From Mytilus californianus (lineage: Eukaryota), in assembly GCF_021869535.1 (NCBI RefSeq), contig NW_026262667.1, positions 1,178,001-1,242,000 of the forward strand: a DNA stretch of 64,000 bases, written 5' to 3'. The position numbers and the translations under genes were made by a program. Below, piece by piece: positions 50,474-63,706 of the stretch (the stretch's first letter is position 1; each line of letters begins with the position of its first letter). Under the pieces are notes generated by a model. That model searched no databases and was not told where the DNA came from. It saw only the letters and a list, made by a program, of their open reading frames with translations.

Positions 50474-53400
50474 CTGAAAAATAAAACATGCATAATTAAT
50501 GTGAATCAAGCTATAAATGTTTTCACTGAAAAGTTGGTATTTCAAGCAATTTACTATACTTTTATACTGTTTCATGGTGGACAGATTTATTACCGCAGAA
50601 ACTACATTCCTTTAGGGAAATTATCTATCCACGACAATAGTGATTGGTAGTCCATATAAAAACAACTAATTGAGCAATTCTTAAATCTAAATGGTTTGTT
50701 CAAAATACTTTAGTATTTTTCATGTAAATAATTGTTGAGCTTGCTACAAATCCGTATGTTTTTTACTTTCTTTAATAATCTACCGGTAAGCGGTTTTATT
50801 ATCACCTTTGTGTTGCCATTGTAACAAAATAAGAATGTTATACTAGTATAGTCTCTTTTATCGTGATAATTTTTTTAGCATGTGTAAACTTCACAGGGTT
50901 GTAGGAATGTAACCTAACATACCAATGTAATTTTACAAGTATAAAGGTTTTATACATAAAATGAATTTCCATATTCTATACTTAATATGCTGCATTTTTT
51001 TTAATATAAATAAGTTGAATAAGACATACCCCTTCTTTGATCTTTTGTAAGTACTTTTGACTGTGACAGCAGGTATTTTATACTTCTCTTCAACCTTTAA
51101 ATGAAATAAATATCCTTAATTCTTTAATTCACGTAATTCTTTACACACCATCTATATTCTTCTTTTAATAGGCATCATATTGCTAACGATATAATCATCA
51201 CTGACATAATAATACTTAGATGTAATTAGGAAGGCCTATTCAAAAGGTTAACGATTTAAAGATGAAAACACAAAGTAAACTAGGCAAATATGAATGCATT
51301 TGATATTTTATAATTAGTCATGATGATGATGATGATAATAAAAATAGTTTTAAAAGTAACTTACAGCTTGAAGAAGTCCTTGAAGAGTTGGTGTGCGTAG
51401 CATGAGTGCTGTATAGATCGTTTCATGTTGTTCTCGGACATACAATAACACTGAAAGAAAAACACAACAATATAATTGCATAACAGAAAATTAATAACCT
51501 ATATAAGTGTTTTATTGTCATGTTTTTATTTATTTTTTTGTTATTTTCAATTTAGTGATATTTAAGTTCCAAAATTGTATATAAAGATCTTCAACAGCAT
51601 CTTATAATTGGCAATAAGTAAGCTACAACAGAATTAATGGTTATCTCTGAAAAACTGTACCTTTTGGGAGATCGTGATAATATGCATCTGTTCTGCTTCT
51701 CTTTGCAGGCGGACAAAGTATATCTTCAAATCCTTCTGCACTTGTTAAGCTGTAAAGAATTAATAGTAAAATTATATCTAGAACTCATTTGTTTTCCAAC
51801 CTCAAAAACTAAAATCACCGGTTTCCTAGTTTTGTGGTCTAATTATTCTGAACTCTTGAAAAATTTATCGATTTTAACAATTTGTTTACAAGAGCTTCAT
51901 GTTTTATATTAAGGTTATTACTTTTCATTTTCTACAAACCGATAAAAAATTGTCTTTATTTTTGTAACAAATGAAGGTAGATCAAAGTTGTAAAGTTAAC
52001 TGTGCCCTTACCTCGAGTTTCCATCATCATCTGTCACACCAATACTCAAAGGACTTGCCTGGAATAAATAAAAACATTGGTTCATTTATATGTAAGAAAA
52101 AGCACTGATACATTAAATTAGTTGCATGGCATTTTACAGACTTTATGTTCATATCTTCTAAGAATTTCAATATCAGTTTGACTAAGACCAATTCAGACTG
52201 TTAGTGTAACATTTAAATATTGAGACAAATATGGAATACTGAGTAAAAAAACTGGTAAATGTGAAAAATTTCGATTAAATGAAATCTCACTTTTCAAAAA
52301 TACTTCGTTTCTGCATCATGGAAATGGCTATAATTCCTCTTTAGAACTTTAGAATCAAATAACAATGGCTTTGTTCTGACTTACCTTATTGTTGCTGTCA
52401 TCTTGGTCACTGACTGGAGTAAACAAAACCGGAAATGTTTTTGTGTCGGCCATGCTGTAGAAAGCAGATCGTTCGCATGGTGGCCAGTGCATTTCCATCT
52501 CACTCCGTTTTCCTGGTAGAAAAGAAATTGTAAAAAATGTAATCAAAATTCTGAAAAAATTTTACGACTTTTCCCGTTAAATTTTCTTATAGGTCTTTTT
52601 TCAATTGAAGTCCTTTTTATACAAACTTGTATTTAATGAAATAAAATAAAAATATGTATTGAAATGAAAAATAAACTTAAATGTTTAACGACTTGAAATG
52701 ATGAACTTAAAAAGACTGGATTATACTCACGTTTGACAGTTTCTTGTCCGTCTTTAGTCCTAACAGTTCGTCTCTTCTCTTCATCTCGAGTTTTTCTTTC
52801 AGCTCCCTTGTCACAGAACACTTTGATTTGACAATACCCTCTATGGATAGGGTATATATCTTTTTGATTTTCAAATGTATCGATCTGAATGTGTAATGGA
52901 AGTCCCTTTAAAGAAAAATGCAAACATTAAACACAATTGGTTTATAAATTATCTAGCTATATTAAACTAAATCTTCTTCAATTTTTTTAATATGCATTTG
53001 TCATTCTGCACTTTGAAATTGACGAAAAACTTATAACGGCAGCTAATGCGTGAAATACATAAATTGGATTGTACGTAAATTTAAGTGTCCCACTTCAGTT
53101 TTGGTTTGGTTAACAAGTAACATACATATTACAATTCAGATTAGGCATAGATGTATGTTCCAAAAACTAATTTTTAGTTGTGTTAGTATTGACAAAAGTC
53201 TCAATTATATTCATATATTCAATTTCCAACAACTAAGAGCATGAAATTGATTTTGATTGCATTAGTAATTTTTCTTGTAACATCATAAAAACATAATGGG
53301 AAGTTGATCAAGAATAAAACCAATACACACCTTGACACCTTTTTGATTGCTGAAATCTGTGCTGAGACAGTGTACCGCCACATTTACCTGTAATCATTAA

Positions 53401-56400
53401 AAGTTTTATTACTTAAAATGAAAGAAAATCGATGAAAAAGCCATTTATTTTCGTTCAACACTGATGAAATATTGGTGATTAAAGCTTAACATATCAAAGT
53501 GTTTGATGCATCGATGTTGAAGATATAAACTGTCGTATTTCGTATCCAGAAGCTATGTCGTGATAATCTGCATGTGTTAATTTGCATGTGTAAATTACTT
53601 TAAAAAAAGTCTTGACAGAAATCATTCAATTATTTCTGCAACTTACAAAGCAACATTTATTCATTTGAGAAAAATGGCAATGCTGTTTTAATATAAAATC
53701 ATTCTCGTGTGAAATACTGTCGTAAACAGAATCAAGGCGTTATTTAAAATCTTTAAAACAACTAAACATTATAATGTTAATATTGATTGATATGTCTGTA
53801 TACCTTAACATTTGAATCTCTTGGATTCCATTTGACAGCCACGGCGTTAAATGCAATCTCGTTTATATTACTGGCCTGTACACCTTGACTGTCCTTTGTA
53901 TCTGAAAATATCAATACAATGTTTCATCAGTAACACAATCGAAACTATTTCCGACTACGATTTGCTCTTCAAATTCGTATTTGATTTGGCTAAACAGCTA
54001 CTTCCATTCAAGAACCACCGACGCGTCTCATGTAGACGAAACGCGCGTCCGGTGTACCAAATTGTAAGGCTGGTATCTTTGATGAGCGTTTTGCCAAATA
54101 ATTTTACTATCAAGTTTTACAAATTAAATAATATTTCAAGAATGGATTTCCATCTTATTCCATAGTGAGCAACACTTTAAAACTAAAAAGAAGTAATATA
54201 CAACTTTAAACTATATATTTTGCTTACCAATATCAATGACTCTCTGTTTATAGCTATGCTGCCGGGAATGCCAGAACTCCCATGCCTTTCTCTCATCCTC
54301 TAGTGATTTGTCGTCCCTGAACACCACCATGATTACTGACTGTAAAGTTAAAAAAAAATATATTGGTTTCCAGATGAGAGTACTGTTTACAAAAACAACG
54401 AATAGATTTATGGATTCATCAATGAGTCAATACTGAAGATAAGATCTTCTACAAGTGTATCAAGTTCACCTTTTCCGAAGTTAAAGATATTGATTTTCAT
54501 TTTTGTAAAAGAATAACCTATTTCTTCATTTCTTCCGTAAAACCCAATACTGTAACTCAATAAACAAATAACTGGTAATAAAATGTTCTGAAATGTACAC
54601 GTTGCGATGTTTGATAAAAAAAATCACTGATACAAAATAAGATGTGAACTAACTATAACAAGGATATACATGTATGCTCTTACCTTAACCATTTGTGATG
54701 GTGGTAACCTGTCCCCTGCAAACTCCAAGCTTAATGCATAATACTGGCCTGTAAAATATGAAATAAGTTGTTAAATCTATCATTTCCCGTCTTTTCTGTT
54801 TTTCCCTATATTCCAGTTGCCTAGACCTAAGTTAGACTGTGTTCAAACTATTTATCTATGATTCTGACGATTATTCTATCTAAATGTAAAACATAATATT
54901 TTAAAAACGTTTAGAAGTTAAAAAATATACTAAGAATTTTACAAGCGAATAAATCATATCTAGAGTAAGTTTTTACCTTTGTTTACATAGGTGATTCTGT
55001 CTTCATCAAACCGCACGGACGTTGAGATCGGAGTATCCATAAAGTAATTGTAACCAGTCGGATTTATTTCTCTGAAAATAATAATTTGTAAATTATATAC
55101 ATAAAATATCGCTAGAATAATTTAACCTCAAAATGGTTTTTTCATGGAACTTGACTTAAAGGTAAATACTTTTTAAAGTTTTCCTGCAAATACATATATC
55201 GTATAAAAATCACAGTTTTTCCATCAAAATCTTTGAAAATATAGGAACATAACTTTGACTAAATTACTTACAATTTTGGGATCGTTGGGTGATATGCGGT
55301 CAGTTTGTCTGACGCCCATCGTTGTTTAGGATATAACACTGGTGCTGACTTCCGTCTTTTGCCAGTTTTCTGAGGTGCAACAGGAGTCTCTTGGAAATTA
55401 TTGTCCTCCTTACTATAAACCTACAAAATTTAATTTGTCTTCATTAACATATGTGCAATTACTATTTCGATGAATTTTCACTTAATTTTTTTCACTATTT
55501 TATATTTAAGATGAACCCTGAAGTCCTTCAATAATCAAAAATTTGTACAAAATCCCTTGGGTTACGTTTACAAAAACATATCATTTTTATCTCAATTATA
55601 TCATTGGCAATACCAATTACCAAATTATTACATTTAATGAAAATCGTTTAAGATAATAATCAGTTGTCTGATTTTTGTTCTCACGTCTAAACTTTAACAA
55701 TTATATGTTTTCTGATAAAGATCTATGGTGTAAATCTATGTATTAACTTGGTTTAATGAAGAAGAATAAAAAATAATGGAGCTGAAATTTATATTTTGAT
55801 TAAAAATATCGTCGTTGGATTTCCCTATTTTCAATTTTGATTTCTGTTTAGATATAATATACTTGTAATTATTACCTAGAACTGATGTTTCAAAAGTAAA
55901 ATTAAATTTAAAAAAAAATATTGATCTCAATGTTAAAAGATGTGAAAGATGGTTCTCACCAATGAGTTCTGTTGTTCCGTCGGAGATAAGCAAGGTTCGT
56001 GATATCCACTATCAGGAGACTTCATTGTGTAGTTTTCTTTGATATTGGTAGCATACGGGTATGTCTGTGGATGTGTTGGTTGATGATGTTGTTGCTGCTG
56101 TTCTTGATAAAACTGCTGCTGCTGTATAAATCGTTCCATCATTATATCTCTGTCTACTACCTGATTCTCTAATGATGACGTCACTGGCGGATACATATAG
56201 TTGCTGTTCGGAGAGTAGAAATTGTTTGTCGTTACTGGATACGAGTTCTGTCTCATTGGCGTTGTGGTAATTGGTTCTTGAATACTAATGCCAGTAGATT
56301 GTTGTAGACTTGCTAAATGTTGCAAATTATTCACCAGCATATCTGGAAAACAATTTGAATGAGCGACTGACATGTGAAGGGACACAGGGTCCACTTCTAG

Positions 56401-59332
56401 TACTGTATGTGAACCTAAACGATGAGACATGCTTTCACTATCTTGTGTTGTCAACGAAGTTGTGACTGGAGATACCGTATTTGGCGCCGTTAAAGTAGCC
56501 GTTGAGACACTTTGGAAATCCTCGGGTTTTTCTATAGGGTCAGACACACTATCGTCACGTGACATTGCACTTGCTGATATACCGTTATTCTCATTAGTCA
56601 ACGGTACTGTACTGCCCACGGGCATTGTCACGCCTTGTTGACTTACTTTATTTTTCATTATTTTTTCTGAAAGTGCTTTAACAATTGTTCTAGTTGGTCT
56701 TGTTTCATAAATATTTCTTTGTATATCATTCTGATGTTTGTTTCCATTGTTTTTATTTTTAATTGATTCGTTATAATTTGGGAGAATTTTGTCACAGTTT
56801 GTAATGATACATGAATCTGATGGTGGGGATTGCACTATTGATGTGGTATAAATGACTGCATCTGAATCGTGATTTGAAGCACTAGTTGTAATACATGATG
56901 ATAAATCCTCTGCAGATGAGAACACAATGTCATTTTCATTCCTCGCTTCTCTGTTATTCGTTACATTGTCTAAAATTCCCTGAGTATCCACAAGCTCCTG
57001 AAAGTTTTAAAGCACATATAATTGGAGATGCAAAGCATTATGACAATACATATTGTGAAATTTTCTGGAAAAAAAAACAATACAAACATTTTCTAACAGA
57101 ATTTTGATTGCGTTTGTAATTCTACTCATTTATCTGCAGTTCCGTATACTCCAGATCGAATAACCGAGCCTTGTTGTCATTCAAATGTTTATAAGTTAAT
57201 TGTTGTGTTTTTCGTAATACGTGTTCTGTTATTTTAACTTTTGTTTTTATACATAAAGTAATGATAAGCCTCTTTAACAATTAAACAATTATAGAAATAA
57301 TAGAAAAGTCGTTCAAAAATATTAATTTATGAGCAAATTCCTCTTCATTTTTTAAAGAAACATGTAGAGATATCACTGATTGATGAACTTGCTCCTAAAC
57401 ATTATTTCTTTAAATATCCATTCAAAAAGAAGTATGTCATAATATATATAAACTGCATGTTATTTATTATAGCATATTGCTGAGTGATGCACAATTTAAA
57501 AAATTTCCTATGCATCTAAATAGTCATCATAGGGTGGATTAGGTTGAACTGTTAAGAAGCGTTATGATTGAAAACGTTTTAACTTATATCAGTTATCTAT
57601 GTGGTACAATCAAGAAACTAGTACGAATGTTACAAAAAAATGTCAAATTTTACGACTGACTAGGTTACAAACATTCAAGCTATATTGCTTATTATGATGC
57701 ATATTTCTTGGGTGAAATAATATCTTTCTAAAGAAAGAAGCCTACTTCTTATGAATCATTGTATCTATCCAAAAGTATAAAATAAGATGTGGTAACATTG
57801 CCAATGAGACAACTATCCATTAAAGTCCAAGAGACGTGTATATAAGCAACTGTTATTATTATATTTTTAGCTCTTTTTCAGTATATGTGTGATTTTCTAA
57901 TCCAAATGGTCATAGATTTGTTTGGTTTTTTTTACTTAGCTGTTCATAACATTTACAAATTCTGATTAAAAGACAAAACTCATGCTTCAGTTGAAACTGC
58001 CTTTTATTATGAGAAATTATTTTTTTAAACAAATTACAACAAAACATATTAGTCCTTATATTCAAAAGGTATATAAATGTGTCTTGTAAGCTGAAGATAG
58101 TTGGTTTATCCTGCATGTTTAGAAGGAAAGTTTTAGTTCACATTAGATTATGAATGTTTACACAATAAGAGTATTTCAAATAAACTTTGTAATATTGTGC
58201 CTTGCTCAATTACTTAGAAATGGTTTCTTTTCATAAACCTCTAATTTACTGAAGAACTTAAGTTTTCTGCACGGAAGATTTAAATGGAATAGTGTGGTTG
58301 TTTTTCTTACGTAAGAAAGTGTGATGAGGCGTGTTTAAATTCAAATTCATTCCAAATAAGTATAAATGCATAGAAGCTTAATAGAGCAGAGAACCATCAG
58401 AAACACCTTATATTGCTGGAAATAATAAACTACTCCCTAAAAGTATAGCATTCAGCAGATAAACCTACACATAGATGTATTTTATCTCAATATCTATGTC
58501 TACTCCTACAAAACACATTCAGTTTGAATCAACAATCCTAAGCAAATTCTTAGTCTTTTTAACTTTAATGTATGCAATATGTATACGGAGATGTGGTATG
58601 ATTGCCAGTTTGTTTTAAATGGATATTTAGAAATGTTTCTTTCAATTGAATACTTCGATATGGTTTTTTTTTCCCTTCATTTTATATTTTGTTTATTAAT
58701 TAGGAAACATGTTTCATTCCATTTGGAATTGGCAAAAATTGCGTGCATGAAGATATTTAAAAAAAATGTCATTTGAAACCAAAATGACAAACATTTATCA
58801 TCTTTATTAATCTTTCTTGAAGAGATTAAGGTAAACAATACAACAATAGCATGTCAATATTCAATTTTTCCTGTCATCATAATTGAAAATATGTATTTCA
58901 AAATCTTCAAATGAAAGTCATGTATTAATTATTAGATCAATGTCAATTTGATCAGATACGATTCTACATAACATGATGTTACTAATTAACAACCATCTCG
59001 AGGCTAAATTAACTGTACTAATTATCTACAACTTTATTGACTACTATCAGATAATTTTAAGATGGTAGATTTCGATCAATTTCAATATTTTTACCAGACC
59101 GGAAGGTATTTTACCCAAAGTTTGAATTGTAAAATCAATACGATAACTGTATCACTCATAATTATGAAATTAACATCAATTGAGATATTTTACCTGGCTT
59201 GTGGCCACAATGTCCTCTGATTTTGATTTTTCCTGCATTTCTTGCATATTAAAAAATCTGTCAACTTCGGTTTGCAAGACGCTCATGTAGTCATTCGATC
59301 CATCGCTTCCCTGTAAGTCCTCCTTTTTGTCC
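50347..59332 (-). CDS. grh: Grainyhead-like (CP2/GRH family) transcription factor, 15 coding exons, ~810-820 aa in window, 5' end possibly incomplete
   Basis: Exons 59194-59332, 55960-56997, 55272-55420, 54977-55071, 54684-54748, 54228-54339, 53804-53901, 53331-53387, 52731-52905, 52385-52512, 52012-52058, 51661-51749, 51365-51450, 51030-51094 and 50347-50473. All introns are GT-AG with matching phases. CP2 motifs [75 protein letters not shown]; C-terminal [32 protein letters not shown]. Confidence 0.93.
51030..51094 (-). CDS. grh: grainyhead-like exon VEEKYKIP...YKRSKKG
   Basis: GRH C-terminal motif; GTATGT donor. Confidence 0.92.
51365..51450 (-). CDS. grh: grainyhead-like exon [29 protein letters not shown]
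   Basis: GRH C-terminal dimerisation-domain motif. Confidence 0.93.
51661..51749 (-). CDS. grh: grainyhead-like exon [19 protein letters not shown]...DLPK
   Basis: Required to bridge phase 2 to phase 1; TTTACAG acceptor, GTACAG donor. Confidence 0.82.
52012..52058 (-). CDS. grh: grainyhead-like exon [15 protein letters not shown]
   Basis: TTCCAG acceptor, GTAAGG donor. Confidence 0.8.
52385..52512 (-). CDS. grh: grainyhead-like exon [20 protein letters not shown]...PVLFTP
   Basis: Canonical splice sites, phase 1 to 0. Confidence 0.9.
52731..52905 (-). CDS. grh: grainyhead-like exon [11 protein letters not shown]...[20 protein letters not shown]
   Basis: Core of ORF 52633-52923; AAAG|GGA acceptor, C|GTGAGT donor. 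Confidence 0.95.
53331..53387 (-). CDS. grh: grainyhead-like exon [19 protein letters not shown]
   Basis: Conserved CLSTDFS..KGVK motif. Confidence 0.95.
53804..53901 (-). CDS. grh: grainyhead-like exon DTKDSQG...[13 protein letters not shown]
   Basis: Conserved CP2 motif; canonical splice sites. Confidence 0.93.
53945..54092 (+). mobile_element. Short retro-derived repeat with degenerate type I hammerhead ribozyme, in a grh intron
   Basis: CCGACGC-GTCT-CATGT-AGAC-GAAA-CGCGCGTC (54018-54049): stem II, GAAA, stem III and the GUC triplet are present, but the CUGAUGA core is mutated. Confidence 0.55.
54228..54339 (-). CDS. grh: grainyhead-like exon [11 protein letters not shown]...[18 protein letters not shown]
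   Basis: Conserved CP2 motif; canonical splice sites. Confidence 0.95.
54684..54748 (-). CDS. grh: grainyhead-like exon [10 protein letters not shown]...QMVK
   Basis: Canonical splice sites, phase 1 to 0. Confidence 0.92.
54977..55071 (-). CDS. grh: grainyhead-like exon [25 protein letters not shown]
   Basis: Start of the CP2 domain; canonical splice sites. Confidence 0.92.
55272..55420 (-). CDS. grh: grainyhead-like exon VYSKEDNN...KTGKRRKS...PTIPK
   Basis: TTTGTAG acceptor, GTAAGT donor, phase 0 to 2. Confidence 0.88.
55960..56997 (-). CDS. grh: grainyhead-like large N-terminal exon (1,038 bp, S/T/Q-rich)
   Basis: ORF 55933-56991; CTTTCAG|GAG acceptor, TTG|GTGAGA donor. Confidence 0.9.
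59194..59332 (-). CDS. grh: grainyhead-like exon (most 5' found): DKKEDLQ...[15 protein letters not shown]...ATSQ
   Basis: TTTTTTTCAG acceptor and CAG|GTAAAA donor, phase 0 matching the next exon. An upstream exon or the internal ATG may supply the start. Confidence 0.65.
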
Positions 59333-60846
59333 CTGAAAAAAGTATACGGTAATGTCACAGTTTTCTATACGGAAGTTTTAGCATACCATTTGAAGATAGC
59401 TTTTAACATGCAATTTTACATGCTTTACAATTAACATGCATTATACAACAATGTCGATTTCAACCTGAATAATCCGCTACACGAAAACTACAATACAAAT
59501 GATCAATATTTATTTTTCATTTGACTAAAATCTCGACATAGGCTATACTTTCATCATAAAAACTCCAGGCCAACAAGACACTTATGTTGAAATATTTAAT
59601 ATGACAACGATCTTAACTTCACAGTTTATGAGGTCACACTTGACTGGTACCAGAACTATACACGGGAAATTTATTCATATAAGGTTTACTATAATTAACA
59701 TAATATTCACCATTCAAATTTCTAATTCCTCAATTATCGTACTTTAAATCGGAAAGAATAATATTGTATTTCGATTTTATTTGTGGTTAAAAAGTAAAAT
59801 GACCAATTAATGTACGACTCGAAAAGCTGAGTTACATATCGTATGAAGGCAATTTATTTCGACGGAAGAAACGGTTTGTAAGTTTACCTAAGTGATGCAC
59901 CATTACACGTGTTCACTAAAGTATAGCATTTTTTTAATTGAATGTAAATATAACTATTGATTTTCAATGCAATATTAAAAGCATCGATCACGCATGCCCT
60001 CACATGTCAATGTGTTGTGTGTTCGGTATATAAGACGTTAAAATGGCAATAAAGTTCTACATCATACAGTTCTACATTGGTCGCATGATACGGCTGCGGC
60101 ATGCCAAGATTGATTGATTGTTGGTTGCTTAACGTTCAGTGGCAAATATATCATGCCTGTTCAGGACGCCAAGAAAGAGAGTATTAGAGAATGTATGGAC
60201 ACAAATGTGTAAGCTGCCAAAAAAGGACGTGTAAGCTCGTGGCTTATAACGATATATTATAACCGACAAAATTGCATGACATTGGTTTACTTAAGCAACA
60301 CATCAAAAGATGACTTCTCATCCAAGCAAGTGAAAAGACATATTAAACAAATGATTTATCAGACTCATGAGATCGAACAATAAGATGGACATAAAAAATG
60401 GTTTACAAACAAGAAAAACAAAATACGTCTGGTCGTCTTCCTATTGGATTATACATATCCAAACAATGTGTCCACTCGTAGGATATTATTACACACTTAC
60501 ACCTTATTTAAGGTAACATGATGTATAGAATTCAGAAATATATATGGTACTGTTTCTGGCGAAATTATCTTTTTATTTATATTTTCATTAATTTCTTTTT
60601 TTTATTTGTTTCAAAAGAGTCCAGGGGTAACATGAACACTGGAAGTATGTAAGCGGCATAACTTCTTTGAAACAATGATGCAAAGAATCCTTGAAATTGT
60701 TTTTATAATGTCTAGTTTTTAAGGTTTAAAAGTTGCTTTTTAAATCGCCTTGTTGCCACAAAATGTTTATTAAAAAGTCTCAGTATAAAAGCTAACTTAT
60801 TAAATTAAGAGGTTGTTTATGGGTATATTATCTACCATATTAAAAA

Positions 60847-61529
60847 GGGCACAATACATTTGGGCAAAATCATAAGCGTGACCATGGTATCATTTGGGCT
60901 AACACTTTTGGAGTCAAATTTTCATTTGGGCTAATTATTTATTAACCTGTACATGTAAATTACAACTTACATAAAATATGGTCATTGGGAAACCATGCTA
61001 GTTTGAAAAGAAACAAATCTTGAAGTTTTACACCATTTAGTTGAAACGAGTTTACAGAGAAGATTAGCCATTATCACAGTATCACAAGACTTCTGTTTTT
61101 AAAGGCTGTTAGATTTAAATTAAGGATCAGAATCAATCTTTGAGAAAAATCTAAAGAATGTACCTTTTTAAATTTTAGTCTAGCTGTTTTATACCTTCAC
61201 GTTGTACATAGTTTAATCAATATAGTTGTGATATAAAGACTTGTCTTGCTCAAAATCCTACTTTCACAACCCTGTGGTGAGCAGGGAGCAGACACTGTAT
61301 AGCAAATGGAATGGATATATAAAACGATAAATTTTATAAATAGAATGTCATTTATTACATATAAAATATTAATATATAATCAAAATATAAATATTTTACA
61401 TGTAATTTACTTGTGAGGATTAGCCCAAACGTCGACTTTAAAATTAAGTCCAAATGTCGAATTGCCATTGGCCTAAGCGTAATTTTTTTAGCCCAATGTT
61501 ACACCAATTAGCCCAAACGTGCATCTCCC
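60847..61529. mobile_element. 683-bp non-autonomous DNA transposon, 8-bp TSD, subterminal TTTGGGCTAA repeats
   Basis: ATTAAAAA at 60839-60846 and 61530-61537; imperfect GGG-starting TIRs; three TTTGGGC(T/A)AA motifs on the left and inverted copies on the right. Confidence 0.75.
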
Positions 61530-63706
61530 ATTAAAAAAGACGAGCTACGATGGGAGCAACATAATACGACCGCAACATGCGGGCGCATAAAACGATGAAA
61601 AAGTGTGCATTAAAAGCGTGGACAGCATTGTGCACGATGCAGTGGTTCTATACACCGTGTTATGGCACTACTTTCTGTCCATTTTTAAAAACCCTTGTAG
61701 CTTTGGAACTGTGAGATTAAAGGCGAATTTGCTCAATAATTTTGACAGCTCTAATAGAAAATAAAATCGCATCCTTATTTGGAGAAAAAAATCTAAGTAC
61801 CATGTTAGAGTGCAGTTTTTGACCCCTTTGTACATTGTATTTGCGAAGTCAGCGCTGCTATGAATAACATCGAACAATGCAGCGAATATTTTTATAAAGA
61901 ACTCAAAGAAAGAAAACCAAAACAAAATTGATCAGAGACTCTTATTGCCGGATTACACATAATGTTTCTTACGCCAAGGAGAATGGTCTTTACTGAACAT
62001 TTTTATATATTTAAAAATGGGAGGGGGTATCTATAAATACTACATAATGGGAGTTTCACAGATGTAAAAGGTGATCAATCTTTCTGTGCAGTATAAAGGA
62101 CCTTGATTGAACATTGCATGGGAGTTGACTTTAATTTACATTAACACGACTTCCTAATTACTACTTTAGGTTGTAACATTCTATAGTACAGTCGTATTTC
62201 TGAACATATAGTCTACCTTTTAATGCCCGGATACAGTCAAAAAAACTGCACGCGTGACAAAAATGGAAAAATTAATAGCAGGCGCACAAATTTCGGATCT
62301 AGGATGAGTTCATTGCACAAAGTGTTCATAGAATTATCAAAATCATTAAAGCCTTTTGTTATATTAAATGAAATTAATGTGGCTGATTAGAAAAATATTA
62401 GAGGTTACATGGAACCTTCCTTGCACTTGTCATTTACAATATCGAAAATGTTTCAAAAAGGTAATGCTTTCAAAAAATAAATATTCTAGTGATTACTGCA
62501 ATCTTGGTGCCAAAAATGTAGGTTCTCGATTGAAAATAATCACAATTTAAAAAAATAGATGTTTGATTGATATTTTCTTTGTGCTTCATAACTTTGTCGA
62601 CTATATTTTGTAAAAACTATCATTTAAATTAGATGAAATTCAATTCTCATTTGACAGGGTCACTCAACTTTAAACATCTTTAAAATATATATAGGATATC
62701 AAATTTTACCGTGATAAACTGTTTATTTATTCAAGAATATGTATCATATATTAACCTCCTGTTAAATGTGTCCGAGTTTGGAAGAAGTGAGTAATCCAAG
62801 TCTAGTTCACCACCCCAAAATACGAAAAACTGAAAAAAAATTACCTAATTTTACAACTGTTACTATCTTTTGGTGATAAAGCTTCTATGCAACTGGTATG
62901 CAATTCCACACAGAAGAAGTGACTTTAATTTGTTATTAATTTGGCTTTCCAACGGATATGATTCGAATCTGAAGTCTTTAGCGTACAAAATTATAAGCCT
63001 GGTAACTTCGATGACCCCTTTTAATCAAAATGTTTGTCCATAGACGATGTCCGGTTTACAACCAAAATAAGGAAAACGGAAAATTAGTTTTATAAAAAAA
63101 AAAATGTCACGCCTTCTAGACTTCCGGCGTAGGCGAATAAAAAAAGTAGTGTGTCGGTCATAATTTTAAGTTTTATATCCTGGCAAAAAGCAACAACATG
63201 ATATTGAAAATGAATCTTTCATACTTTTTTCAGTAGTTTGCCTTATTTTTAATCAATGTAAGCATCAAATTCGCAAATTAGACTAACCTTACTAATGGCA
63301 TCTTCAGCAGACATAAAAGGTGCACTAATGCATTTTAAAAGAAGATAGATATATGATTCAAATTAATATATAGTTCATGTTCAAATGGTTTAGATCGCGT
63401 ATTCTTTTGCTTCGTCATTACATCTTGTGTAAGATGATTTATATTGTAAATTAAATGTTACGCAATAATTTTGAAACAAATTTGCATAATTTTAATTTGA
63501 AACATGTCTGTTTATTATATAGTATTATAGGTGTAAGAATGTCGAAGCCTTATAGAAATATATATAGACTGCTTTCACATTTGGCAAGAGAAAATGTTAA
63601 AATATATTATGTTCTCAGCATTCAAATACTCTTTTTCTATAGATATTCAAGGTGTCAAGCCTGTATTGATATTCAAGACCAGGTTAATATAATAGAAATA
63701 TTAGCA

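Noticed and set aside
56429-57107. Plus-strand ORFs at 56429-56641 and 56895-57107
   Set aside because: Antisense to the large grainyhead exon; no independent support.
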